Shown in pieces: positions 1 through 11,645 of a stretch of 64,000 nt of DNA (positions within the stretch are counted from its first letter, which is position 1; each line of letters starts with the position of its first letter). The notes under the pieces are model-generated. The model was not told the DNA's origin and made no database searches. It saw only the letters and a list, made by a program, of their open reading frames with translations. The DNA is from Lama glama (lineage: Eukaryota): positions 37,450,001-37,514,000 of the forward strand of contig CM052817.1 of the NCBI GenBank assembly GCA_028534125.1. Reading direction: 5' to 3'. Both the position numbers and the translations under genes were made by a program.

Positions 1-1883
1 GTGAAAACAGGCTGCCACTGGGATCTCACCACTGCTCAAATCAGAGTCTTCTCAGTTTCCTGCCTCTCCCAGCAGTGCTTACATCCAGTGAGTCATCAAG
101 ACTTCCTTCCCAATTTCCCCACAGCTGTCCTGTTTCTCTTCACCTCCACTCTTTGGTTCCAGCCCTCAGCTCTGACTTACGCTGTGCAAAACTTTCTAAC
201 TGGTCTTCCTGCCCCTAGTTCTGATGTTCCCCAAACCATTCTCTTTCCCCCCATGTAATGATTTCCTTTTTTCCAAGGATTAATCGGATCATGTCACACC
301 CACATGGAAACTCCCCAAATCCTATTTCTTCCAGAATAAATGTTGCACTTCTTAGATATCATTCAAGGCCCTCCTTCCATACAATCAGCTAAAACCAAGG
401 TCCTCCCTGTCTGTTCTTCATGATGTTTTCACATTTCCACCTCAACTCTACCTATCTTCCTTCCTTTTCCTTTTTGCAATGACAATTCCTTTTTATATCC
501 TGCTGTCAAATATCTTTAATCACAGTTTAAAGTGCCCATAGGAAAACAAAGAGTCTAAGAGAATGTGATGTAAGCACAGGTACCTGCCCCTGCCCATCAC
601 AATCTCCCCTTCCTCAGGGTTTGCAGCTTTTACTCTTGTTGGTTTTTTTTCATGCTTCTTCCATATCGCTAAATAAAATGCTTATGTTGCTACTCCATTT
701 TAAAATTTAAACTTTCTATTTCAGAAAATTTTGCTCTTTTACACACACACACTCTCACCCTTCCTGACCACACATTTTGCCAGTAAAATCATATTACAAT
801 TTTGCAGAAATAAATATTCATGTAAATGATAATCCAAGTTGAGATGTAGGATATTATGACAACTTTTCCTTTTCTGCTTAATTTCTCCCTTTCCTCAGTC
901 TTCTGTCAGTTCTGTAAAACTCCTCCCACTATATTCAGAGGCATCACTTTTCTTTTTGGTTTGTTTTAAATCATTTCATCTCCTTGTGCTTTGCCTTTTA
1001 CAGAAGTGCACTCAAAGTTTGTCTGCAGGTCTCTCGATTTATTGGCCTGTCATGCAGTGAGCAAAAAAGAGCTTGGACTTGGTAGCATGTTGATCTTAGG
1101 CCTTTGTTACAGGCCATTCGTGATGGTCTCTGGGAAGGAATCAATAAGATGAAGTGGCCAGTTTCACTAGGGGTGGCTCATTCACATCCACATTCCCCGG
1201 AAAAACATGGACCCTGAATTATCAAATTCAATAGTCTGTGAATGAGCATCAGGGAGGTGCAGAGGGGAAACTCTGACATGACTCATCAGGCTTATTATGT
1301 TCGGGGTGCTCGTTGGTAGATAGGCCACAGTGGCTTATAGGAAAGAATGCTCTACCACCTGACCGTGAACAGAGCAGGGACATTTAAGGGACTGGGTTTT
1401 TCATGGGAGGAGAGTTACAGGTCACTAGGGACTGATTATCCAGGAGAAATAATGCAGGGGGCAAGTTGGTCACTTTCTCCATTGGATGGCAATAGCGGTT
1501 GTATATATTTATGTTCAGAGAAAAAATTAGTCTTATTCTTGGAAACTGAAGAGAGTCCATTTATCTTGAGAGGCAAGTTTAATCAGAAGAAGCAGAATGG
1601 CATGTGTATGTGTATGATTCACGTAAAACTACTGCTATCAGCTTTTGCTACTGTGGTATCCAGAATGTATCATACGGCTCCTGCTTTAATTAATAACATT
1701 TAATCAATTTTGTCACCCCCCCAAAAAAGTTTGTCTACAGCTATTATCCTGGGACCTCTGTTCGCTTCTCGTGATGGAGGGCTTGTCTAGTAGATCACAT
1801 GTCACCTTCTTTTTTGGTTTACTCCCTCCTTTTGGAAAAGCACATTATTTTTCATTTCCTAGAGAGAATTCATATAGGTATAT

Positions 1884-2020
1884 ATTTTTTAAACAATTGA
1901 TTTTTGGGGTGGGGGGGTAATTAGTTTATTTATTTATTTTTAAATGGAATTACTGGGGATTGAACCCAGGTCCTCATGTGTGCTAAGGATGCGCTCTACC
2001 ACCGAGCTATGCCCAACTCC
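1884..2020 (-). mobile_element. tRNA-derived SINE (camelid vic-1-like)
   Basis: The minus strand has tRNA-like A/B boxes (TAGCTCGGTGGTAGAGCGC...GGTTCAATCCC) and an AT-rich (AAAT)n tail. It is flanked by a direct repeat TAGGTATAT (1875-1883, 2027-2035). Family name is from recall. Confidence 0.75.
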
Positions 2021-2254
2021 ACAGTGTAGGTATATTTTTTGAAACCTTGTGTGTATTAATATATTCTCATTCCACTTTCATGCTTGAATGATCATCTCAA
2101 TGGGCAGGACAATTTTATATTAAAAATATTTTCCTTCATAATCTCATCATCTAGCTTTCAGGGTTGTTGCTGAGAAGCCTGATCCCATTCTGACTCCTGA
2201 TTCTGTATGTAGGGTCAGCTTACTTGACTTTGAAGCCTTAATTCCCTCCATAGC

Positions 2255-2730
2255 TTGTTTCAGTTAGGATGTCTTCAGCAGCAAGTGAGTGAAAATCAAC
2301 TCAAGGTGGCTTAAAAGATAAGAAAATGTATGTCATATAAGAAATCCAAAGTAGGATGGCTCCCAAGATAGTTGATTCATTGATAAACGGCATTATCCTT
2401 AAGCCTAATCTTCCCATTTTCTAGCTTTTCCCTCCTGTCTTTTCTCCTTAGATTTACTCTCCTTCTGGTCATGAGGTGGCTCCAGCAGTTCCAGGCATAG
2501 CAAATGTCCAGACATGAGAGGATGTATAGGAGGAAAAGATAATCCCTTCACAGTATCCTTTCTAGGAGTGAGGAAACCTTTCCCAGAAACTCCTAGTCAA
2601 TTTTACTTCATGTCTCATTGGTGAGAATGTTATCACCTGCCCAAGGGAAAATCAGTGACAAAGTGAACGGAATTACCTTGATTGATTTTGATTAAGTCAG
2701 GATTCACTCTCAGGAGCTGAGGGAGTAGCC
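2255..2730. mobile_element. Old MaLR (MLT1-type) LTR remnant
   Basis: Characteristic MLT1 terminal motifs (TCAGTTAGGATG...GCAGCAAGT...GGCTTAAA; TTTCCCAGAA...TCTCATTGG). Boundaries approximate. Confidence 0.55.
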
Positions 2731-4619
2731 AGCATCCACATAAGACATGACCAAGTGGAGGAGGTAGACGCCCCACCAGAACTGGAGCTGCAACAGCAAG
2801 GAACAAGGGGAAATGGTTTCGGGAGACAATGCCTACTACACTCCGGGATGCACTCTGTTTCATTGATCCTGACGTGATTACAGTTCCTCCCGTGCTCATG
2901 TTTTTAGGCTCTGACTCTGCATTGGCTCCTGCTGTTTCTGTCACTGTCTTCAGAAAGCTGAGGGGTAGGCTTGATATTTGGAGTCTCCCTAGGAAGGCAT
3001 TTATCTCCATGCACTTCACTGGCATTAGATTAGTCTTATGTCCCCTGTAAGTAGAGTGTTGTTATTGGGTGCTCCCCTATTCACTGAGTTGGGGCCCTGG
3101 CTGCAGGTTTGCACTGAAGCTCCTCCCGTCACTACCAAAGCTAACTGGTTCAAGGAGAGGACAGGGAACTCAAATTTAACCAATCAGATTCTCTCCGTAC
3201 TTGGTTTTAGAACTGAAGTCTCCATTTGCTTCAAACTTTAACTTCAAACTCAAGAGGGGCAGCTGTATTCCATCTTGTGCTTTGAGGGGTACAAAAATCA
3301 GCTTGCAGGGAAGGGTGCGAATGCACAGAGTGAAGCAGAAATGCAATGGAGCGGAGTGCTCCTGGCTTTCCACTTCTTAATTTCAGTCCTTGTCTGAGGG
3401 CTCGCTGCATTCCTACACTTGGGTCTCATGAGATAAGCCAATATCTTCACTATAAATCCCCCTTTCAATTTAAACTAGTTCCCTGGAAGTTCTGATATTT
3501 TTAACCAAATTGCAACTAACAGGATGTCCAGTCTTTCTGAATTAAGGCTATAAAACCTCAGAGCTTGTGACTTTATCATGTGCCTCAGGGCCTCTCTGCC
3601 TTATCACCAGGTTTAATTTATGTTACACTTTGTGAGGACTCTGGTATGGTTGGGAAGGGGATCTGAGATTTTGTAGGCAAGAACTGGTAGAAAGGGTGTG
3701 TGTTTGGTTCATGCAGAGACTAGTAGATGTTTCATTTTTCCTTTCATGAGGCACACAGTAAACATTAATACATATTTGAACAGACGAGCATTCTATACCT
3801 CATAAATCTGAATCTGATGAAAGATTAAATTTTGAAGCGATTGTTAACAGCTGTTGTGTTACATGACCTAAAAGCTCAGCAATTATTCTTACGTGTTGCA
3901 CCTGTGGTCTCTGTGTTGCGGTATCAGCCTTGCACCCTTGGGTTATGCAGCCAATTTGCCGTGGGGGGGGACAATCCTAGGGCCGACACAGGAGACCACT
4001 GAGAGAAGGCCTGAGGAGTTACGAACAGCTTGGCTCCCATCTGAACAAGCACTTTGGTTCAGAATCTTGACATAGATTTTGCCACCTCTGATCATGTGTT
4101 TGCCTTCTGGCCAACTTCCATTACTTTTTGACCCAACTCTTTATCTACATAGTGTTTTGGACAAGTTGCAGCTATGGTCCCAGGATCCCTTTCCTTGTGT
4201 GATCTGTGTTAGAATTAGAAAAAAAAAAAAAGCTGGCATGAGATTTGGGATGTAGCAGTGAACCCAGAGCCATGCGCTGGGAGAAGTATGCAGGGAGGCT
4301 GGCACGCCCCACTGGCCGCCACCCTCCACTAGACTGGTGGCAGGTCCAGAGGTCCGTGTGCTCCCCTGCCCCACACCCAGTCTTCTCTCAAGTGCAGACC
4401 TTGCTGGCCACCAGTGACCGCAGGCTGGGCGGTTTTCACTCTGACAGCTGAAGTGCCTGGCTTTCCAAATGAATTTGCAAACTCCCTCCTGCTCACCTGC
4501 ACCAGCACTAACGAAGGCTGGTTAGTGACTTTTCCCTGATTCTTCAACTGCTGCTTTCAGACTCTTCATTTCCCAGCTTCTCCAATAATGTGGGTAGTAA
4601 CTATGTCTTGTTTGCTATC

Positions 4620-4998
4620 TGTGAGCTGGTCTTGAGATGAGTTAAGGCCGTGGGACCCAAGGCCACGATCAGAGCATGTTTGTAGTATGCAGTAAATAAT
4701 TGCTCCACACATACGTCAATTATATAAGATTTAGAACACAGGAAATAGAAGTACGCAGGTGGTAGAGATATTCTGTAAGCCTAATGAACAAAGAAACTCA
4801 GACAGGGCATGTGCTGACAGAAAACAGATAAAAGCAGTACAGGTGCATCATAGAGGCACCTCCCTGTGGCAATAAAGTGTTGTTAACCCCATGGTGTCTC
4901 CGGCTGAAGTCTGTCCGGCAGTATGGCAACTCCTCGTGCATTTTTTCGTTTGGGCCGCTCACCTCCTAGAACCCCACGTCAGCCTCCCTTGGCTGACA
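4620..4998 (+). mobile_element. Solo LTR (probably ERVL-class) with perfect 5-bp target-site duplication
   Basis: Begins TG (4620) and ends CA (4998). Flanked by CTATC on both sides (4615-4619, 4999-5003). Internal TATATAA (~4721) and AATAAA (4871). Confidence 0.75.
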
Positions 4999-5832
4999 CT
5001 ATCCCACAAGTCATTCTAGCGTCTAGCATGTAATGAACCCTCAGTGTACATCTGCTAAATAAATGATCTTTAGTTTGTAGAAAGAAGGAAATAAAAAAAA
5101 GAAGGAAAGAAAAGGAAATTACTTCTCTCATTGAACTGGCCCAGATGGTGGAGATTCTCTTCTGAATAATTTTGGCTAGGAGGAAAAGGGGCTTTCCAAT
5201 CTCTTCTTACTTCTTAAAATAATTCCACAAGGCATATTCCTTAGGAAAAAAAAAAAAGGCACAGTTGAAAGAGAGAAATGAAAGTAGCTTGCTTGAGATC
5301 CTGGGGCCAGAGAGGAAGTAAACCAAAATTAGCACTTGTACTTACGTCTTTCCTAACTACGGCTGAAGTCTACTCAGGAACCCTTTAAGTTTTATCTCCC
5401 TGCCTTTATCAAACCCACTTTTGTTCACCACCCTTTCCACCCCCTTGCCCATATACACAAGTAGACATGTTCAAACACCACCACTAAAAAGCCTACGAAA
5501 GTATGACTCTCCCAAGTGGAATACATTCAAGTCATTTTCGTGGGTATTTATTAAGCATCTTGAAGTGGGGAACTTGTGCTGCAGGCAAAGCAATGAGGCA
5601 CAGAGGGCAAATGTGGTGTGCTGTTCCTGCTGGAGAAATTTGACAGAAGATCTTTGATGTGGAAACATTGTCGGTTGTTACTCAATTGCTATTCTCAGCA
5701 CCGTGTCTCTTTCTCATTCCTCACTTGAGTCTTGGGGTTGTGGCTTCCTCATGAATAGACATCCAGAGCAGCTTCACAAGATTTGGCAGAAAGAGGCCTC
5801 CGGCCTGAGAGAACACTTTGTTATTCCTTAGG

Positions 5833-6200
5833 CGAGTGGTTCTTAAAACAAGGTACCAGTAAACCTTCACTTGGGGAGCCTCTTCAAAATGCAGGTGACG
5901 GGCTTCCTTCCTCGGTTTCCTCCTCTAACTCTGTCCCTGCAGATTGAAAATTCAGGACATTCATGACATTTGTACTTTTCACAGGACTCCAGGTGCTCAC
6001 CTGATGCAGTGGTCCTTAGGCCACTCTTTGAGAAATGTCCAAAAGCACATGAAGGAGAACCACCTGAGCGTTTCTGTTTGAAAAGATGATTCGTGACCAT
6101 CTGAATTAGAATTTTGGAACCAAGGCCTGGGAATCTGCGTTTTGAATTAATTACTCTCTTGATTCTGAAGGGTCCACAGATCCCCCTTTGAGGAGTATTA
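5833..6200. mobile_element. hAT-Charlie (MER5-like) DNA transposon remnants
   Basis: AGTGGTTCTTAAAA...CACTCTTTGAGAA termini and GGCCTGGGAATCTGCGTTTT...GATTCTGA internal motifs typical of MER5-family MITEs. Confidence 0.5.
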
Positions 6201-7200
6201 CCGGATCTCCTACTCTACATTGAAAGCGCAGTTTAGACACAAAGCCCTTTGGAGAGAGAAAAAGGAAAAAAGGGAAGGTCTTTCTCTCCAACAAACACTG
6301 ATTTTGGATTCATCCTTTCCTAACTCTTAGAATCCATCGCCAGTTTACTGCCGATCTGAGCATTTCCTGGGAAGTGGCTGGGTTCCCAAGGCCAGGCAGC
6401 CCTCACAGCCTCTGGGGTGGTCAGGACTGCTGATGGGCCCATCCCAGCTAGTCCTGATTTGCAGACCAAATATTATCTGCAGCCCCATCAAACAGTAATG
6501 GGAACCTCAGAAGCCTAGGAGGTGTGGGGAAGTCAGGAGAGCACTGAAGAGGTACTTTCCTGTCCTCCGGACTCACACTTCCTTTCAAGCGCATTCCTGC
6601 CTCTTCACTCCACCCCTCTCCCTCCCGGCTCCCGGACCCATCTGCAAATTTGACGAGGCTTTCCTGAGCCACCCCGCCCCGCTCCCCGCTTTGTGGAGGA
6701 CACTCTGCCCCATAAGGCACTACTTTTTCTCACTAGCTTCTCATAACCAGAGCTGCCACTCCGTCAACTTTACTAACTATAAAACCTGCTTCTAGGACTG
6801 GACGGAACTAAGCACTGGGAATGCGCCAAATGCCTGGACTAAAGCTACTGCAGGAAAAGTGCTTAGGGCAGTGCTTGGCTGGTTTAGTAATTAGAGCCAT
6901 TACTCACCACCGCTTTGCTGTTTATCTCTCAGACCCTGGAGAATGCGTGCTGACTGCTGAGCTGCTGCTCTTTGCAGGTGAAAACCTGAGGCTCCAAGAA
7001 AGTTTAGTCACTTGCTTCTGATCACATGGCTACCAAGTGGTGGAAGTGGAATTTTCACCCAGTTTAGAGACCGCTCCAAAGCCATGCTTTTTCAACTGCA
7101 ATTATTAAAACCTCAGTCTGAGGACTTACATTCAGAATAAATATAGGAAAACTTTAAAAAAGTTAGCTTTTAAAAAGTTAGCTGGAGATATATACACATT

Positions 7201-7201
<1 letters not shown>

Positions 7202-7228
<27 letters not shown>
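7202..7228. repeat. (TG)n microsatellite
   Basis: Perfect TG run seen directly. Confidence 0.95.
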
Positions 7229-7231
<3 letters not shown>

Positions 7232-7744
7232 TTAAAATCACTTATCAACAACTTCAAAAAAATTACCCACTTTACATGGGGAAAGCAACAGATTAAACAA
7301 GATTGGAAATGTGTTGATAGCTCCTGACTATCACTGGATATGGAGATTCAGTACATGAATCTCTTTGCTTTTGTATCCATTTGAATTTTTCTTCACTGAA
7401 GAGTTAAGAACTAAATGCACTTCACATCTGTCCAAGATCTTGTGATTACAGTAGCAGATTATCTGCAGGCCCTAAATCGGTAGTTGATAGACTTCACAGT
7501 CAGTGAGGATTCTCTTGTTTTGAAAGATTTTGAATACTAGGTTTTTATTTTTTAACTAACAGCCATGAGAGTCCTGCGATGGAGGTACAATGCTCCCTTT
7601 CAGGTGGAAAACCGAGGCAGCGAGGTACCTTCTTGAGGGCTCCTCGCTGCCATGGGAGGAGATTTTGAACTCAGTTTGTCTCATGTGCACACATAGTATC
7701 TTGCCCTGTTTGAGGGCACCACCTTGAAGCAAATATTCATCTTA

Positions 7745-9575
7745 TATATCAGCTAGGAATGATTTTACCACAAATAACAGAAAACTGTACTAATCATAGT
7801 GTACATGGCTTACGCAGTAAGGAATGTTAATACTGTCCTAACCGGAAGGTTGGAACAAGGCAATTCTGGTGTGATGCAGTCACTCAGTCACGGCTCCCAG
7901 GTTCCAGGCGCTTTCTGTCCTGAGGCTCAGACACTCCCTGCACCATACCTTTCCATCTTTAGGCTTGTCTTCTCATTGGCATAAGACGCTGGCCTCACAC
8001 AACCTTTCAAGGCACTTAAGAGTGGAAGGAAAGTCAGGGGCAGTGCTGGCAAATTCTTAAATGTGTTTATCTCCTCAGCAGGAAACAAAATATTTCCCGA
8101 AGTTCCCAGGAGACTTCCTCTGTGTCTCCCTGGCACAGTGCTTTGTCTGTGGCCACCTCAGTTATAAGAAAAACTGGGAAGTTGAGTAAAGAAGGATAAA
8201 ATGACTAGGGTTGACTTAGATAAGTGGTCCATAAGCTTGGGACACATCGAATCACTTGGCAGTGTTAGATTACTATTATTTATTATTATTTTAAAAAATA
8301 GGGATTTTTACTTAAAGTTTTTCAGGAACACTGGGGAGAGATTTGTAACACATAGCCCAGCAAAGTTTCCTAAATATACCTTTGAACATCCCTCTGTCCC
8401 CAAAGTCCCACTTCTTTTATCAGCTGCCTTAATCTCACCCTGTCTTTCTGAAGAAAGGAAAGCCTTCGAAATTCTACTCACTGCACCCTTTCTACTTCTT
8501 TCTCCTAACTCCTCATTTCCAGACCTTTCCTTCTGTGTCTCTTTATTTCTTCCTCATGTAAGAGAAATCTAGCCCCTTGTGTTATTTACCTATTGGAGTA
8601 ACAAATCACTTCAAATTTAGCAGCTTAGTAATAAACATGTTCTCTCAGGATCGCTGTGGGTCCAGAGCTTGAGAGCAGCTGAGTCGGATATTCTGGCCCA
8701 GCGTCTCTCCTGAGGTTGCAGGCAAGATGCTGGCAAGGGCTGCGGTCATCTGAAGGTTCGGCTGGCGCTGGAGGACTCCCTTCTGAGATGGCTCACTCAT
8801 GTGGCTGTTGACTTGAGGCCTCAGTTTCTCACTCCAAGGCCTCTCCATAGGACTGCTCAACATAGCAGCTGGCTTCCCCCAAGGCAAGTGGTCTGAGAGA
8901 AGGAACATGCAGGGAGCCCAGAGCCTCAGATGGTGGAGTCTCTGAGTCACACACAGTCACTTCTACTCTGTTCTGTTTGCTAGCAGACAGCCACCAAGTC
9001 CAGCCCATACTCAAGTGGAGGGAAATTAAGCTCTTCTTCTTGAAGGGGTGTGTGTCAAAGGATTTGTGGTTATGTTTTTTTAAACAACCGCATCCACATA
9101 TCATTTAACTTCTTTATCACACAGCAGTGAGTTTTTTGAGGGGAGAGGGACAAGGGAAAAAAGGTACAAAGGAATGGGAACATGAGTTGGTAGCTGTGTT
9201 AGTCTCCTGGGACTGCCATCACGGAATACCACACACTAGGTGGCTTAACAACAGAGAGTTATTTTCTCATAGTTCTGGAGGCTGGACGTTCAAGATCAAG
9301 GTGCTGGCAAGCTTGCTTTCCGGTGAGGCCTCTCTCCTTGGCTTGCAGACGGCTGCTTTCTTACTGTGTCCTCACATGGCCTTTCCTCTTTGTGCACTCA
9401 CTCCTGGCATCTCTTCCTTTTATGAGGACACCAGTCCTATTGGATCAGGGCCCCACCCTTGATCTCATTTCACTTAATGATCTCCTTGAAGTCCCTTTCT
9501 CCTAATACCATCACATTTGGGGGAGTTAGGGCTTCAATATATGAATTTGGGGGACACAGTTCAGTCCATAACAGT
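7745..9575. mobile_element. Cluster of three MaLR (MLT1-type) LTRs (~7745-8240, ~8580-9090, ~9195-9573)
   Basis: Typical MLT termini and internal motifs, e.g. TGTGTTAGTCTCCTGGGACTGCC...AGTTCTGGAGGCTGG...CAGTTCAGTCCATAACA and GGCTCACTCATGTGGCTG. Subfamilies not assigned. Confidence 0.65.
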
Positions 9576-10908
9576 AGCTACGTGTGGCATGTTGCTGCTT
9601 TGCCCATTTCTGCCACTAAGATCATTTTAAAATAAAATGGCTTTGTGGCTTTTTTGGGCATTATGAATATATTGTACAGTTTAATATAATCGTAAAGTTA
9701 CAACAGTTTTATAAACAGTATTTTAAAGTAACATCTTTCCCCTTAGGAAAACCATGAAAGTAATTCTTAAAGCTTTTTATTGTGGAAAAGTAGTTTTTGC
9801 AGAAAGATGCATAAAACACAAATGTACCATTTAACAAGTTACAAGGAAGACTCATCCCTTTAACTGCTAACCAAGTTAAGAGATAGAACACTGCCTTCAA
9901 GTCAGAAGTGCCCTGCACGTACTTTACAATTGCCTCCCTTCTCCCTCCAAGGGTAACCGCCGTCCTGCATGATATTCACTTTGTTGCCATTCTTCATGTT
10001 TATACTACCTAAATATTCATCCCTATGGAGTGTTCAAGGGTCTAGGGATACAGTAGTGAAAGAAATAGAAATCGCCCCCTCCGACGGAGTTTATATTTTG
10101 ACACTAAATAATAATAAATCAAATGTATAAACTGTGTGGTATGTTAGAAGGTAAGAAATGCAAAAAAAAAAAAAAAAGCAGAGCTGGAATTTGCTTGGCT
10201 CTCTTAGCAGGTAATGGTTTCAACATCAGAAGGGAGATAAAGGGAGAATTAAAAGTATGGAGGGAAAAAAATAAATGCAAAGAAGGAGAAAGGAATAAAG
10301 AGGAAAAAGAGAAGAGGGGACAACAGAAGAAGGAGAAATAGAATGTCAATGGGGAAGAAAACAGAACAGATGTTAAGAAGAGGGAAGGAAGGGAAGTAAG
10401 AATGAGGCAGAGAAAGAAACCTGTGAGGTTGCAAGTTCTCCCTCATCTGAAGAGTTACAGAAAAGACCCTGAGCTGGAACCACTTTATTTACATTTTGGT
10501 GAAACTAAATTCTTAATCTGAGAGGGCAGTTTCCTATATTTTCCATTGCTTCCACTTGTTTAATATAAATTTATTCTTTGTCAGCTAAAACTTAGCTTTT
10601 GTGAAAGCACTCTTTAATACTTTACAAAATTCAAGCGGCTATTTTAGAGACGGATGTTTTACAGCCCATAACAGATGACCGGGCTGAGCACAAGCTATGC
10701 AACATGCCTGGACTTTGTAAGAATTGACAACTATTAATAAAGCATTTTTCTTTAAAAAAAAAAAAAAGCAGAGCAAGGTAAGGGGATTGGCAGTGCAGGG
10801 GCGAGGGTAGGGAACACTAGAGTGTTAGGGAAAGTCTCCTGGAGCAAAGGCTTGATGGAGGGGAGTGCAATCCTGTCTGGAGAAAGTCTGTTTAAAAGCC
10901 TCAGGTGG

Positions 10909-11645
10909 TGTATTTTGTTTCGTAGGGCTGTTCTAACAAAGTACCACAAGCAGGGTGGCTTAAAACAACAGGCATTTTATTTCTTCATGCCTTGAAGGGC
11001 CAGAAGTCTGAAATCAAGGTGTTGGCAAGCTTAAGTTCTCTTTGGAGGCTCTGAGGGAGAACCTGTTCCTTGCTTCTTTAACTTCTGATCCTTGCTGGAA
11101 AACCTTGGCCTTTCTGGGCTTACAGACACATCACTCCGTTCTTTGCCTCTCTTGTCATGTGGAGATCTTCCTTTAGGTCCCTGTCTTTTTTGTAAGGACA
11201 CAGTGATTGTATTTAGGACCCATGCTAATCCAATAAGACCTCATCTTTTTTAAAGAAAATTTTTATTGAAGTGTCATTGATTTACAATGTTGTGTTAGTT
11301 TCAGGTGTACAGCAAAGTAATTCAGTTATACATATTGTGTATATATATATTATATATATATATAGTATAGATGTATATATTCTTTTTCAGATTCTTTTCC
11401 ATTACAGGTTATTACAAGATATTGAATATAGTTCCCTGTGCTCTACAGTAGGTCCTTGTTGATCTATTTTATACATAGTAGTGTGTATCTGTTAATCCCA
11501 AACTCCAGTGTATCCCTCCAGTACAATCTCATCTTAACTTCATTACATCTGCAAAGACTCTAAATAAGGTCCAAATAAGGTCACATTCATATGTACTGGG
11601 AGTTAGGACCTCACCACCTCTTCAGGGGACACAATTCAACCCAAG
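10909..11645. mobile_element. MaLR (MLT1-type) LTR interrupted by an L1 3' fragment
   Basis: TGTATTTTGTTTCGTAGGGCTG...TACCACAAG...GGTGGCTTAAAACAACAG at one end and GGGGACACAATTCAACCC at the other, with an L1 tail inserted at ~11248-11517. Confidence 0.7.
11248..11517 (-). mobile_element. 5'-truncated L1 3' UTR fragment nested in an MLT LTR
   Basis: Laurasiatherian-type L1 3' end (TTTATTGAAGT...TTTACAATGTTGTGTTAGTTTCAGGTGTACAGC...TTCCCTGTGC). Degenerate TSD with core CTCATCTT on both sides. Confidence 0.75.

Noticed and set aside
1884..2020. tRNA-like sequence (also 28425-28543)
   Set aside because: Diverged and AT-tailed, with a TSD on the first copy. These are SINE heads, not tRNA genes.
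1347..3025. ORFs of 118 aa (1347-1703) and 130 aa (2633-3025)
   Set aside because: No recognisable homology or exon structure, and they overlap or adjoin LTR-like sequence. Chance ORFs.
6640..6800. GC box plus TATAAAA as a separate promoter
   Set aside because: Short motifs without a CpG island or an identifiable downstream exon; insufficient support.
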